Shown here piece after piece: positions 9,262-17,445 of a stretch of DNA of 64,000 nucleotides (position 1 is the stretch's first letter; the number at the start of each line of letters is the position of its first letter). A program made the position numbers and the translations under genes. The notes below the pieces were generated by a model. The model made no database searches and was not told the DNA's origin. It saw only the letters and a list, made by a program, of their open reading frames with translations. This stretch comes from a virus (Duplodnaviria > Caudoviricetes). The stretch spans positions 1-64,000 of the IMG/VR virus record IMGVR_UViG_3300020577_007133; one strand, written 5' to 3'.

Positions 9262-9295
9262 AAAGTCCATCTCCAAAAGAGATGGATTTTTTTTT
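9262..9295 (+). terminator. Rho-independent terminator / attenuator
   Basis: AAAGTCCATCTC-CAAAA-GAGATGGATTTT plus T run. Confidence 0.85.
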
Positions 9296-9349
9296 GAATT
9301 TTTTTTATAAAAAGTTTGGTGATTTGAAAATAAGTTATACCTTTGTCCT

Positions 9350-9589
9350 ATGGAATTTAGAACACAACATAACGGAAGAGGTAAGACCCATTTATTAGAT
9401 GACGAGTTGAATACGATATGTGGTTGTCACGGGGGTGATTTTTCACCTAGTGAAAGATTAATAATTGATGATGGTAAATTCTTTTTAAAGGGTTCTCTGA
9501 TTCAAGAAATATCCAAAGATTACTTATCAGTTGAGTATTGTAAAAAATGTGTAAAAATAATTGAAAAAAGTTTGGCAGTTTCAAAATAA
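9350..9589 (+). CDS. hypothetical protein (possible Zn-binding)
   Basis: Own promoter; H..CG..CKKC. Confidence 0.6.
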   Translation: MEFRTQHNGRGKTHLLDDELNTICGCHGGDFSPSERLIIDDGKFFLKGSLIQEISKDYLSVEYCKKCVKIIEKSLAVSK

Positions 9590-9625
9590 GTTGTATCTTT
9601 GTACCAAATTAAAAATGTAATTATT

Positions 9626-9838
9626 ATGTCGGACAAAAAAACGATGAATGAAGAATTAGTGATGGAATATTCTCCCATCTTAGGTGTGACTTACGGATTA
9701 AAAAATGTTACTCCGGAAAATGGGGATAGTGAAGAAGAACGTGATGAATTACACGACTTTGATTTAGTTATGAATCTGATAGTCGGTGATTTAGACGAAG
9801 AAGAAAAAAAAAAGATTAAAAAAAATTTGGTAGATTAA
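9626..9838 (+). CDS. hypothetical acidic protein
   Basis: Own promoter; ATG at 9626. Confidence 0.55.
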   Translation: MSDKKTMNEELVMEYSPILGVTYGLKNVTPENGDSEEERDELHDFDLVMNLIVGDLDEEEKKKIKKNLVD

Positions 9839-9877
9839 AAAAGATTTTATATCTTTGTACCGGAATTAAAAATAAAC

Positions 9878-9893
9878 GTTATTTGACATATTG
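9878..9893 (+). promoter_or_regulatory. rrn-type boxA-like antitermination element
   Basis: GTTATTTGACATATTG just after a promoter and ahead of the tRNA run; related copies at 28609 and 29543. Confidence 0.55.
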
Positions 9894-9905
9894 GTAATAT
9901 AAAAT

Positions 9906-9977
9906 GGCCCGGTCGTCTAATGGTCAGGACATTTGGTTTTCAACCAAAAAATCGGATTTCGATTATCCGTCGGGCTA
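9906..9977 (+). tRNA. tRNA-Glu(TTC)
   Basis: TTTGG-TTTTCAA-CCAAA; GGCCCGG/TCGGGCT. Confidence 0.85.
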
Positions 9978-10148
9978 CAAATGGTTAGGTAACGTAAGCC
10001 TTTACTGAATAGCTATCAGTAAGAATCACGTTATGGTCTTTGCAGAACTGAGGTGGTACTCTGACAGATTATCCGGGTTCGATTCCCGGGACGCAGGCAC
10101 GCAACTAGTTCCCTACCAAGGGGTTTTGAGAACAGAGACCTAAAATAA

Positions 10149-10218
10149 GGGCCAGATGCCAACGGCAGGTCAACTGATTTGCAATCAGATTGTTTGGGTT
10201 CGACTCCCACTGTGTCCA
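10149..10218 (+). tRNA. tRNA-Ala(TGC), imperfect acceptor stem
   Basis: CTGA-TTTGCAA-TCAG; G3:U70; T arm intact. Confidence 0.7.
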
Positions 10219-10285
10219 CGATGTAGGGTTTTACACTTTTATATTTCCTTGACGATGAATATCTGAGAAAGAAAAAGTGAATTTT

Positions 10286-10360
10286 GGTCTCGTGGGCTTC
10301 GCGGAGAGGAACTTGACTGTCACTCAAGTAAAATAGAGGGTTCGACCCCCTCCGGGACCG
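10286..10360 (+). tRNA. tRNA-Asp(GTC)
   Basis: CTTGA-CTGTCAC-TCAAG; G73. Confidence 0.85.
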
Positions 10361-10376
10361 CTAAAAATTAAAGAAG

Positions 10377-10826
10377 ATGAGTTTAGTAAAAAAAGTGAAT
10401 GCTGACTTCGTGACGGCTTTCAAAGAAAAGGACACAATTGGTAAAATGGCTTTGGGTAATTTGAAATCTAAATTATCTGACGCTGAAAAAATCAAGAAAA
10501 GTGAATTGACGGATGATGAGGCGTTAAAAGTAATTGTATCAATTGCAAAAACTCGTAATCAATCAATTCAAGAATTTACCAAGGCCGGAAGAATGGATTT
10601 GGTGGAATCAGAGAAATCTGAGTTGGAAGTTATTGAGAAATATCTTCCAAAACAAATGACGGAGGACGAAATTGAATCTGAAGTTCGTAAATTAATTGTT
10701 GAGATGGAGGTAACAACAAATCCACAAGTTCTAATCGGTAAAACGATGGGAGCGTTCAACAAGAAATTTCAAGGAAGAGCGGATGTACAATTAGTTAAAA
10801 AAATAATTGAAAAAGTTGTTGGTTAA
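10377..10826 (+). CDS. GatB/YqeY domain protein
   Basis: ..AFKEKD..RNQSIQEFTKAGRMDLVESEKSELEVIEKYLPKQMTEDEI.. Confidence 0.9.
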   Translation: MSLVKKVNADFVTAFKEKDTIGKMALGNLKSKLSDAEKIKKSELTDDEALKVIVSIAKTRNQSIQEFTKAGRMDLVESEKSELEVIEKYLPKQMTEDEIESEVRKLIVEMEVTTNPQVLIGKTMGAFNKKFQGRADVQLVKKIIEKVVG

Positions 10827-10986
10827 TTAAAAACTATTTCGTATCTTTGTCGAAGAATTAAGTAGAGGTGCTCGCAAGGTTTAGTTTAGTGTTAGTAGCA
10901 CCACCTCTACAGACTATCTGATTATTCATATCAGTCGGTCCGGAGTAATGTCCGGGGGTAGGTACCAAGTAACTCTACCAAAATTT

Positions 10987-11061
10987 GGTCTATTCGTTCA
11001 TCGGCTAGGATGCTACCCTGTCACGGTAGAGAGGAGGGTTCGACTCCCTCATAGACCGCCA
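10987..11061 (+). tRNA. tRNA-Asp(GTC)
   Basis: CTACC-CTGTCAC-GGTAG; encoded GCCA. Confidence 0.95.
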
Positions 11062-11472
11062 AACATTACAAGAGTCGTAAGCTATAATGACCCGGGCGGT
11101 TGTATCCGGACAATCAAAGTAGACAGATATCTTGTGATGGGGATAATAACCTACAACCGGCTCTGTTATCCTAAACATAAAATAGGAGTAATTAACCTAT
11201 CTTGGACGGGTTCGAAACCGTAAAGTAGTTAGAGTGTAGGCACGGCACGACCCGCTCGAGTAACTTGGAGTATTGAACGACGATAGTGTTAGTAGCACAC
11301 AATAGGGATAAAGGGCAAGTGAAAAAGGGGGTAAGTTTAAGGTTCGAGTCCTTATTAACTATCAAAAAAAAATTAGTGTAGTGTAAACGGAGAATCGACC
11401 GTTCTGTTTATTTAATCCCAATGGACGATTATGGTTTTTACCATCAGCTGGTCACTAATTTTTAACATACAT

Positions 11473-11548
11473 CGCAGGTGGGGGGTATAGAGTTTCCTCG
11501 AGTCTCATAAACTCGACGTAAGACAGGGGCGGTACCTGTACTTTGCTA
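11473..11548 (+). tRNA. tRNA-Met/Ile2(CAT), atypical
   Basis: CGAGT-CTCATAA-ACTCG; T-loop GGCGGTA; weak acceptor. Confidence 0.65.
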
Positions 11549-11564
11549 CAAAAAATAGACATTA

Positions 11565-11604
11565 TGTGTATAGGTTTTTCGGGTTGTGTATAGGATTTTC
11601 GGGT
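11565..11604 (+). repeat. 20-bp tandem duplication TGTGTATAGGWTTTTCGGGT x2
   Basis: Direct reading; between tRNA and HNH late promoter. Confidence 0.85.
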
Positions 11605-11625
11605 TTTTCGTGATATTTATATAAT

Positions 11626-12180
11626 ATGGAAGAATTAAATAGACATCAGAAAGCAGCGTTAGTAAGTAATACTAGACGTAGAGAAAAATCACTACAAGAA
11701 TATTATAGTAATCCTAATATTTGTAAGTGTTGTAATAAACCAATTCCGGTTGGTGAAAAACAAAAAGTTAGGGAAGTTAGGAGAAAGATTTTTTGTGACC
11801 ATAGTTGTTCGGCAACATTTAATAATCAATTACGAGAAATTAAAGAAAAGGTTAAGAAAATAAAAGAACCTAAACCTAAAAAAGAAAAATTTGAATTTAT
11901 ATTAAGTTTAACTAAAAAAGATTTAATAAGTAAACACGAAATTTATTATAAATTTAGAGCAGTAATTCGGAAACACGCACATTATGTGTATAATAAACAT
12001 CACGAACATCAAGAATGTAAAGTTTGTGGTTATGACACACACGTTGAAGTTTGTCATATAAAATCAGTATCATCTTTTAGTGATGATACTCTAATAAGTG
12101 AAATAAATTCTATTGATAATTTAGTTGGATTATGTCCTAATCATCATTGGGAATTTGATAATGGTAAGATAACATTATAA
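11626..12180 (+). CDS. HNH endonuclease
   Basis: CKVCG..EVCHIK..NLVGLCPNHHWEFD; FCDHSCS Zn motif. Confidence 0.9.
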   Translation: MEELNRHQKAALVSNTRRREKSLQEYYSNPNICKCCNKPIPVGEKQKVREVRRKIFCDHSCSATFNNQLREIKEKVKKIKEPKPKKEKFEFILSLTKKDLISKHEIYYKFRAVIRKHAHYVYNKHHEHQECKVCGYDTHVEVCHIKSVSSFSDDTLISEINSIDNLVGLCPNHHWEFDNGKITL

Positions 12181-12185
12181 TATAT

Positions 12186-12256
12186 TGCGGTTTGGTGTAA
12201 TTAGTAGCATAAGGGGCTCATAACCCCAAGGCGAGGTGCAAGTCCTTAATCCGCTA
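12186..12256 (+). tRNA. tRNA-fMet(CAT)
   Basis: GGGG-CTCATAA-CCCC anticodon stem and 1:72 mismatch. Confidence 0.8.
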
Positions 12257-12325
12257 GATAATCGAAGTTAATCCACCTCCACGTGGTGATTGTTGGAAAC
12301 AGGTTATGCTGGCTGAGAGATTAAC
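12257..12325 (+). ncRNA. HDV-like (theta) self-cleaving ribozyme at tRNA 3' end
   Basis: P1 GATAATC/GATTGTT with G1:U, P2 GTTAATC/GATTAAC, P3 ACC/GGT, L3 TCCACGT, P1.1 GG, P4 CAG/CTG, J4/2 CTGA (CNRA). Confidence 0.85.
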
Positions 12326-12355
12326 AAAAAATTTATTAACATTAAATACCTACGT

Positions 12356-12529
12356 ATGGCGACAGTTCAACAAAAGTCGAGACAAGCGAGAGCTTTAGAG
12401 ATGTTACAACATCAATTAAAAAGTGGTGTAAAAACCCAAAAAGGAACAAGGGACGTTAAAGTTCCACTAACCGATTTAGACAGAAAGAGGTTAGAAAAAG
12501 AGATTGGAATTTTACAATCCAAATTATAA
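12356..12529 (+). CDS. small basic hypothetical protein (57 aa)
   Basis: MATVQQKSRQARALEMLQHQL..RLEKEIGILQSKL; not in ORF track. Confidence 0.6.
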   Translation: MATVQQKSRQARALEMLQHQLKSGVKTQKGTRDVKVPLTDLDRKRLEKEIGILQSKL

Positions 12530-12618
12530 TAAAAAAATAGATGAATAGACCACATCCGGGATTAGTGATTTAATTAAAGGGTCTCATTCGGTACACAAGT
12601 CCGAAGTTCATCTTAACT

Positions 12619-12689
12619 GCGAGTATGGTATAAAGGTATTACATCATCCTGCCACGATGGAGATTCCGGTTCAATTCCGGGTACTCGCT
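12619..12689 (+). tRNA. tRNA-Gly(GCC)
   Basis: TCATC-CTGCCAC-GATGG; GCGAGTA/TACTCGC, U73. Confidence 0.9.
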
Positions 12690-12783
12690 CAAAATAGATT
12701 TGGGTGTAGGGTTATGATACGACATAACTCTTTCAATTTAATCGTAAAGATTGATAATCGCCGCAGCGAAATCTGTTTTATTT

Positions 12784-12857
12784 GCGACTTTGGTGTTCAA
12801 TGGCTAGCATATGACCCTTCCAAGGTTGAGGTACGGGTTCGAGTCCCGTAAGTCGCT
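12784..12857 (+). tRNA. tRNA-Gly(TCC)
   Basis: TGACC-CTTCCAA-GGTTG; U73. Confidence 0.9.
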
Positions 12858-13060
12858 CAAAATAGTGAAAAAGTAATTATATGAAGTAACCTTCGGGGAG
12901 ACTGCCGGAACCCTTTAACACATAGGTTGGTGAAAGTATAATGAAAGACAACGGCGCACCGGTCGTCCTCTCGGGAGTAGCTACCCGTAACGGATATGGA
13001 GATGATGTCATAGCTCCTTTAGACCGCAATGGTGAAAAATTTGGTCAAACTATTTTATTT

Positions 13061-13134
13061 GCGGGTATGGTGTTTAACGGCTAGCACGTGGGCCTTCCAA
13101 GTCTGAAGTTTCGGTTCGAATCCGAATATCCGCT
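13061..13134 (+). tRNA. tRNA-Gly(TCC)
   Basis: TGGGC-CTTCCAA-GTCTG; U73. Confidence 0.9.
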
Positions 13135-13308
13135 CAAAAAAATACGACGGAAATAGGTTAATCAGCACCTGTTATCACACATCTCAGGATACTACGTAAC
13201 TGCAGCGAATCGTAGGGAGAGATAGAAGGGAATAACCCGGGTCGGCCAACCCAAGTGGGGAAAAACTTAAAGTGGATTGTGGTGATGCTCCACAGCAGTA
13301 TTTTAATT

Positions 13309-13382
13309 GGTTCCGTAGTTCAACCGGATAGAATATCAGATTTCTAATCTGAGGGTTGGGGGTTCGAATCCCTCCGGAATCA
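13309..13382 (+). tRNA. tRNA-Arg(TCT)
   Basis: TCAGA-TTTCTAA-TCTGA. Confidence 0.95.
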
Positions 13383-13412
13383 CAAAATTTTTAATTTTAT
13401 TTGTTATTTTTT

Positions 13413-13676
13413 ATGAAAAAAATTGTTTTAAGTTTGATATTATTAGTATCTTTGGCATCTTGTACGGAGAATCAAAGAGTGAAAAGTTTTGGTGGAACCG
13501 GAACAATCAATTTACCTCAGGGTGAAAAATTGGTAAATGTAACTTGGAAAGAAGACCATCTTTGGACCATCACAAGACCAATGAGAGAAGGTGACGTTGC
13601 AGAAACTTACAAATTCCACGAGGATTCAAGTTTCGGAATTGTTCAAGGAACTTATAATATTGTTGAGACGAAGTAA
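13413..13676 (+). CDS. lipoprotein
   Basis: MKKIVLSLILLVSLASC lipobox. Confidence 0.75.
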   Translation: MKKIVLSLILLVSLASCTENQRVKSFGGTGTINLPQGEKLVNVTWKEDHLWTITRPMREGDVAETYKFHEDSSFGIVQGTYNIVETK

Positions 13677-13710
13677 TTGAAAAACGGATAGGTGAAAGTC
13701 CTATCAAACG

Positions 13711-13785
13711 CCTCCGTGGGCAAACTGGAAAAGCCGTCTGATTTAGGCTCAGAAGATTTTGTGGGTTCGACTCCCACCGGAGGTA
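13711..13785 (+). tRNA. tRNA-Leu(TAG), short variable arm
   Basis: TCTGA-TTTAGGC-TCAGA; GCCTCCG/CGGAGGT. Confidence 0.85.
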
Positions 13786-13893
13786 CAAAATACATTATCA
13801 TAACTCGGTGTGATACACCGCCAAATATCTCCTTAAACAACGTGGGAACTGCGGTTCTCCCAATGTGGCCGAAGTGATAATGTAAACTTAAAG

Positions 13894-14014
13894 ATAACTA
13901 TGTCGGAAGTGGTATACGAAGTGGTGTGTTAAATGTGGGAATAGACATAATCCCTAACCCGTAAAGGGCTAACTGCTTGTCTCTTGGTTACAGGTTCGAG
14001 TCCTGTTGGTTATC
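13894..14014 (+). ncRNA. tRNA-like RNA with about 45-nt structured insert replacing anticodon loop
   Basis: ATAACTA/TGGTTAT acceptor, D arm, AGTGGT/ACTGCT stem, ACAGG-TTCGAGT-CCTGT T arm. Confidence 0.65.
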
Positions 14015-14067
14015 AGTAGTTTAAGAGACAGAGCTGACTTCTACTTAAAAAAAATGCTCTGCGACAG

Positions 14068-14150
14068 GCCGGTGTCGCATAGAGGTTGATTGCACCTGAT
14101 TTGTAATCAGGAACTGAAAGGTCACGTTGGTTCGAATCCAATCACCGGCT
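14068..14150 (+). tRNA. tRNA-Thr(TGT), enlarged variable region
   Basis: CCTGA-TTTGTAA-TCAGG; GCCGGTG/CACCGGC. Confidence 0.85.
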
Positions 14151-14213
14151 CAAAAAAAGATAAAAAAGTTTTGATTAATTAAAATGATTATTTTATCTTT
14201 GTCGAAGAAAAAT

Positions 14214-14330
14214 GGGTAGATGGTAAATGGTAAAGCGTCCGGGGCGCCGGGAGATGAGGTTCGAGTCCTCGAAGTAGCCGGCAGGTGAAAAAGTATGGTA
14301 CTATTGTAGGTTCGAATCCTACTCTATCCA
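14214..14330 (+). ncRNA. tRNA-like RNA with two T arms and no anticodon loop
   Basis: GGGTAGA/TCTATCC acceptor; GAGG-TTCGAGT-CCTC and GTAGG-TTCGAAT-CCTAC. Confidence 0.6.
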
Positions 14331-14556
14331 CGAGTCGTTTTTTGGGGGTTCAGTTTGTGAGTCTGTTTTTTGTAGTTAAGAAAAATCAGTGGGGACAAAT
14401 AGGTAGTTAGAAGTTTCTTACCCTTAAAAGAAAGGATGGTTCGGTTTAGGACGAGATAGACAATACTTATTGGGGAAATCTCTCAAAAAAAATGGAAGAA
14501 TGGTCAAGGTTAACTCAAACCGAAGATGAATAACGTGTTCATCAGTTTTTCCGGTA

Positions 14557-14632
14557 GGTCAGGTGGAAGAGTTGGTACTTCGTTCGGTGGGAAACTGCCG
14601 AAAGGTCACGGGTTCGAGTCCCGTCCTGACTT
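14557..14632 (+). ncRNA. tRNA-like RNA with anticodon loop replaced by GAAA tetraloop
   Basis: Canonical acceptor, D and T arms; TTCGGTGG-GAAA-CTGCCGAA. Confidence 0.75.
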
Positions 14633-14857
14633 CAGGTCATCTCCTTTCGTTCTCTCCGTATGAGGGTATGGGTTCTTGGATGTAAAATGTTGAACTCGGA
14701 CGGGTGAAATAAACCAAACGATAATACGGCCTTTTTACAAATTTTTGTGCGGACAAAAAATACGGGTTCTTCGGTGGGTACCGGGTTACTTCCCTTAAAA
14801 TAACACAACTACTAAAAGTATGGGCACATATGGGGAAACCGAACCCGTGTCCTATAT

Positions 14858-14944
14858 GGTCAGGTGGCGTAATGGTAACGTAGATAGGTGATAGGGAATT
14901 TATCCTCCATCTGTCGGTCACAGGTTCGAATCCTGTCCTGACTA
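14858..14944 (+). ncRNA. tRNA-like RNA with extended anticodon-arm hairpin
   Basis: GGTCAGG/CCTGACT; GATAGGT/ATCTGTC enclosing an inner hairpin. Confidence 0.7.
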
Positions 14945-14949
14945 CAAAA

Positions 14950-15056
14950 CCTTCTGTAGTTTAACAAGAGCAAAACACAGAGACGAATACATCTCCCTAC
15001 GGTAACCATTCCAAGAATGTATTAAGAGTATGTGGGTTCGACTCCCACTGGAAGGG
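14950..15056 (+). ncRNA. tRNA-like RNA with large insert
   Basis: CCTTCTG/TGGAAGG, GTTT/AAAC D arm, AATACAT/ATGTATT stem with 24-nt loop, T arm. Confidence 0.65.
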
Positions 15057-15069
15057 CAAAAATAAAAAC

Positions 15070-15176
15070 AGTCAGGTGGCGGAATTGGTAGACGCTTTAA
15101 GGATATGTATAGGTGAAATTCCTATCACACAGGATATTGGCTGATGTCCATACAGGTTCGAATCCTGTCCTGACTA
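15070..15176 (+). ncRNA. Leu-type tRNA-like RNA with replaced anticodon arm
   Basis: AGTCAGG/CCTGACT, GCGGAATTGGTAGACGC D arm, ATAGG-TGAAATT-CCTAT insert, long variable arm. Confidence 0.7.
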
Positions 15177-15396
15177 CAATTGAGATTGAGATACTCAACA
15201 GATTTGGCATCGTTTCTTAAACAAAGATGTAGCTGACGCCTCAAACGGTTTTACAGAGGGGGTCTTCGGAAAAACGGCAAGAGAACCATCTTGACCTCCG
15301 AGTATATGGTTGACTTTTACAAGGTGTAAGAACCACAGGGTTTCAATAGGAAAACCGGAAATATCCACACCAAAGTAATCTCATTGGTGGAAAATT

Positions 15397-15477
15397 GCCC
15401 GGATGGTGTAACGGTAGCCACGCGGAGTTTAAGCCTCCGTGTCCATTGACGTGAGGGTTCGACTCCCTCTCCGGGTA
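15397..15477 (+). tRNA. tRNA-Leu(TAA)
   Basis: CGGAG-TTTAAGC-CTCCG, variable arm. Confidence 0.9.
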
Positions 15478-15555
15478 CTAAATGGTAATCGTAAATTTTT
15501 TTATAAAAAACTTAAACTTTGTGTAGGTTCGAGATATTTATAATAAAAGGATATT

Positions 15556-16377
15556 ATGAAATATAGACACACAAAAGAAGAACTTGAGGATGTAGTTAAA
15601 AAATCGTTATCAATATCACAAGTATGTAAAAATTTAGGTATTATTGCTGCGGGTGGTAATTATAAAACGATACAAAACAAAATAATTGAATTTGATATTA
15701 ATATATCACACTTTACCGGTAAAGGGTGGAATACTGGTGAAAGATATAGAAAAGTTATATTACCAATACCTTTGAATGAAATATTAGTAAAGGGGTCTGT
15801 ATATGGTAGTAGTAAATTGAAAAAAAGATTGATTGATGAAGGATTAAAAACTTCTAAGTGTGAGTGTTGTAATTTATCAGAATGGATGGGAAATCCAATT
15901 GGTTTGGAATTACATCACATCAACGGGGATTCAAATGATAATCAATTACATAATTTACAAATTTTATGTCCAAATTGTCATTCTATGACTGATAATTATA
16001 GAGGTAGAAATATTAAAACAAAAAAAACAGAACCAACTGAAGAATGGGTCAACACCACACTTAAATATGTTATAAATAAGAGTGATGATGAAACAAAACA
16101 AATAAAAAAACAAGAAATTAAACAATGTTTAACTTGTAACGGAGAATATACCGGAAAAAGTAAAAAATATTGTTCCATTGAATGTTATTACGAAGCAAAA
16201 AGAATAAATAACACAATCCCGAAAGTTCCTGAATTATTGGAAATTTTTGAAAAATATAAAACATTCACATCCGTTGGTCGTCATTACAATGTTAGTGATA
16301 ATGCGGTTAGAAAGTGGTGTAGAAATTATGGGATTATGGAAATGATACAAAATATTCAAACATTAAAGCGACAGTGA
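15556..16377 (+). CDS. HNH homing endonuclease with C-terminal HTH
   Basis: CECC..LELHHINGDSNDNQLHNLQILCPNCHS; VSDNAVRKWC. Confidence 0.9.
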   Translation: MKYRHTKEELEDVVKKSLSISQVCKNLGIIAAGGNYKTIQNKIIEFDINISHFTGKGWNTGERYRKVILPIPLNEILVKGSVYGSSKLKKRLIDEGLKTSKCECCNLSEWMGNPIGLELHHINGDSNDNQLHNLQILCPNCHSMTDNYRGRNIKTKKTEPTEEWVNTTLKYVINKSDDETKQIKKQEIKQCLTCNGEYTGKSKKYCSIECYYEAKRINNTIPKVPELLEIFEKYKTFTSVGRHYNVSDNAVRKWCRNYGIMEMIQNIQTLKRQ

Positions 16378-16480
16378 CACATAGACCACGTGGGGCACAC
16401 ATAAAATAGTATCAGTCGAAAGTCGAGGTGATAGACCACCATATGTTTGATATTTATTATTTAATGATTATATTACCGGT

Positions 16481-16990
16481 ATGAGAAAAATTAGACAAAA
16501 AAATGGTTCTTTACATAAAGGTCTCAAAAAAGTAAATATTGGAGATGATGTTTGGGTTTACGGGAGACAAAATTATGTACCCGGAAAAGGATTACATATG
16601 GTAATCTACGGACCTAACAGAAAAGAATATCACGTTTGGGGTAAGGATGTTACTGACTTAACTAAATCTGAAGATTCCGACCACTATGATAATTGGGGTT
16701 ATTGTAATCGACAAGGTAATAGAGCGATTCAATCAAAAGTTAAAATTTACATTTTAACAAATATTCTTGATAAAAAAGAAAATTGGTGTTTTGACTTGAA
16801 TAAAATTCCGGAAACGGGATATCTTAAAGTAATGTGTGAAAATGGAACAGTTAAGAATATTGATTTTAACGGTAAGTTTCTCCCACAAGAATTAGTGTCT
16901 AAAAGGTATACGTGGAAGGAAGGACAGATGTGGAATAGACCGGCTCATTCAACACAAACATTTGTAAATATAATTGGATATAGAAATTAA
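16481..16990 (+). CDS. hypothetical protein
   Basis: ORF with upstream late motif. Confidence 0.7.
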   Translation: MRKIRQKNGSLHKGLKKVNIGDDVWVYGRQNYVPGKGLHMVIYGPNRKEYHVWGKDVTDLTKSEDSDHYDNWGYCNRQGNRAIQSKVKIYILTNILDKKENWCFDLNKIPETGYLKVMCENGTVKNIDFNGKFLPQELVSKRYTWKEGQMWNRPAHSTQTFVNIIGYRN

Positions 16991-17051
16991 ATTAGTATGA
17001 AAAACCAAGACCCAAACTCCTCATAGTCCCTTATTGTTAGCAATAAGGATT

Positions 17052-17282
17052 ATGACTCAGAAATTGAGAATTTGGAGAGTAGTTCCCGTGAGATACGGTG
17101 TTCAGGCTCCCACGTTTTTCGTAGAAACTACGGAAGACGGACGTGAGAAGGCAGAAGAATCTGCAATGAGACAAGCAAGATTAAAATCAGGTTTGTCTAG
17201 GTTTAAGGAATGGAAATTCCGATTGGAGAAACTCTCTGTGAGGGTTGATAAATTTGGTAGGTATAAACCTCACCATCAGTAA
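17052..17282 (+). CDS. hypothetical basic protein
   Basis: ORF; ATG at 17052. Confidence 0.55.
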   Translation: MTQKLRIWRVVPVRYGVQAPTFFVETTEDGREKAEESAMRQARLKSGLSRFKEWKFRLEKLSVRVDKFGRYKPHHQ

Positions 17283-17372
17283 TCAATAAAAACCGCTGGG
17301 GGTTTCAAATTACTCAGTGTACTTTTTAGGTTAAAGTCGTGTAGGGTGTTTTTAACATCAAAACCTAAATTT

Positions 17373-17445
17373 CGTCCCGTAGCTTATGTGGTAGAAGCAC
17401 TTGACTCATAATCAGGAGAATTGGGTTCGACTCCCAACGGGACAA
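17373..17445 (+). tRNA. tRNA-Met/Ile2(CAT)
   Basis: CTTGA-CTCATAA-TCAGG; C1:A72. Confidence 0.85.

Noticed and set aside
2657-14921. Short ORF-track calls over RNA genes (2657, 5623, 5973, 6035, 6045, 10031, 10948, 12657, 13570, 13652, 13692, 14637)
   Set aside because: They overlap tRNAs or structured RNAs and translate to tRNA-shadow peptides.
13894-15176. Group I or bulge-helix-bulge introns in tRNAs
   Set aside because: Inserts are far too short for group I and I could not see BHB motifs or a restored anticodon.
15283-15342. Second HDV-like ribozyme
   Set aside because: P1 and P2 are plausible but P1.1 GG, a 3-bp P3 and the CNRA motif are missing.
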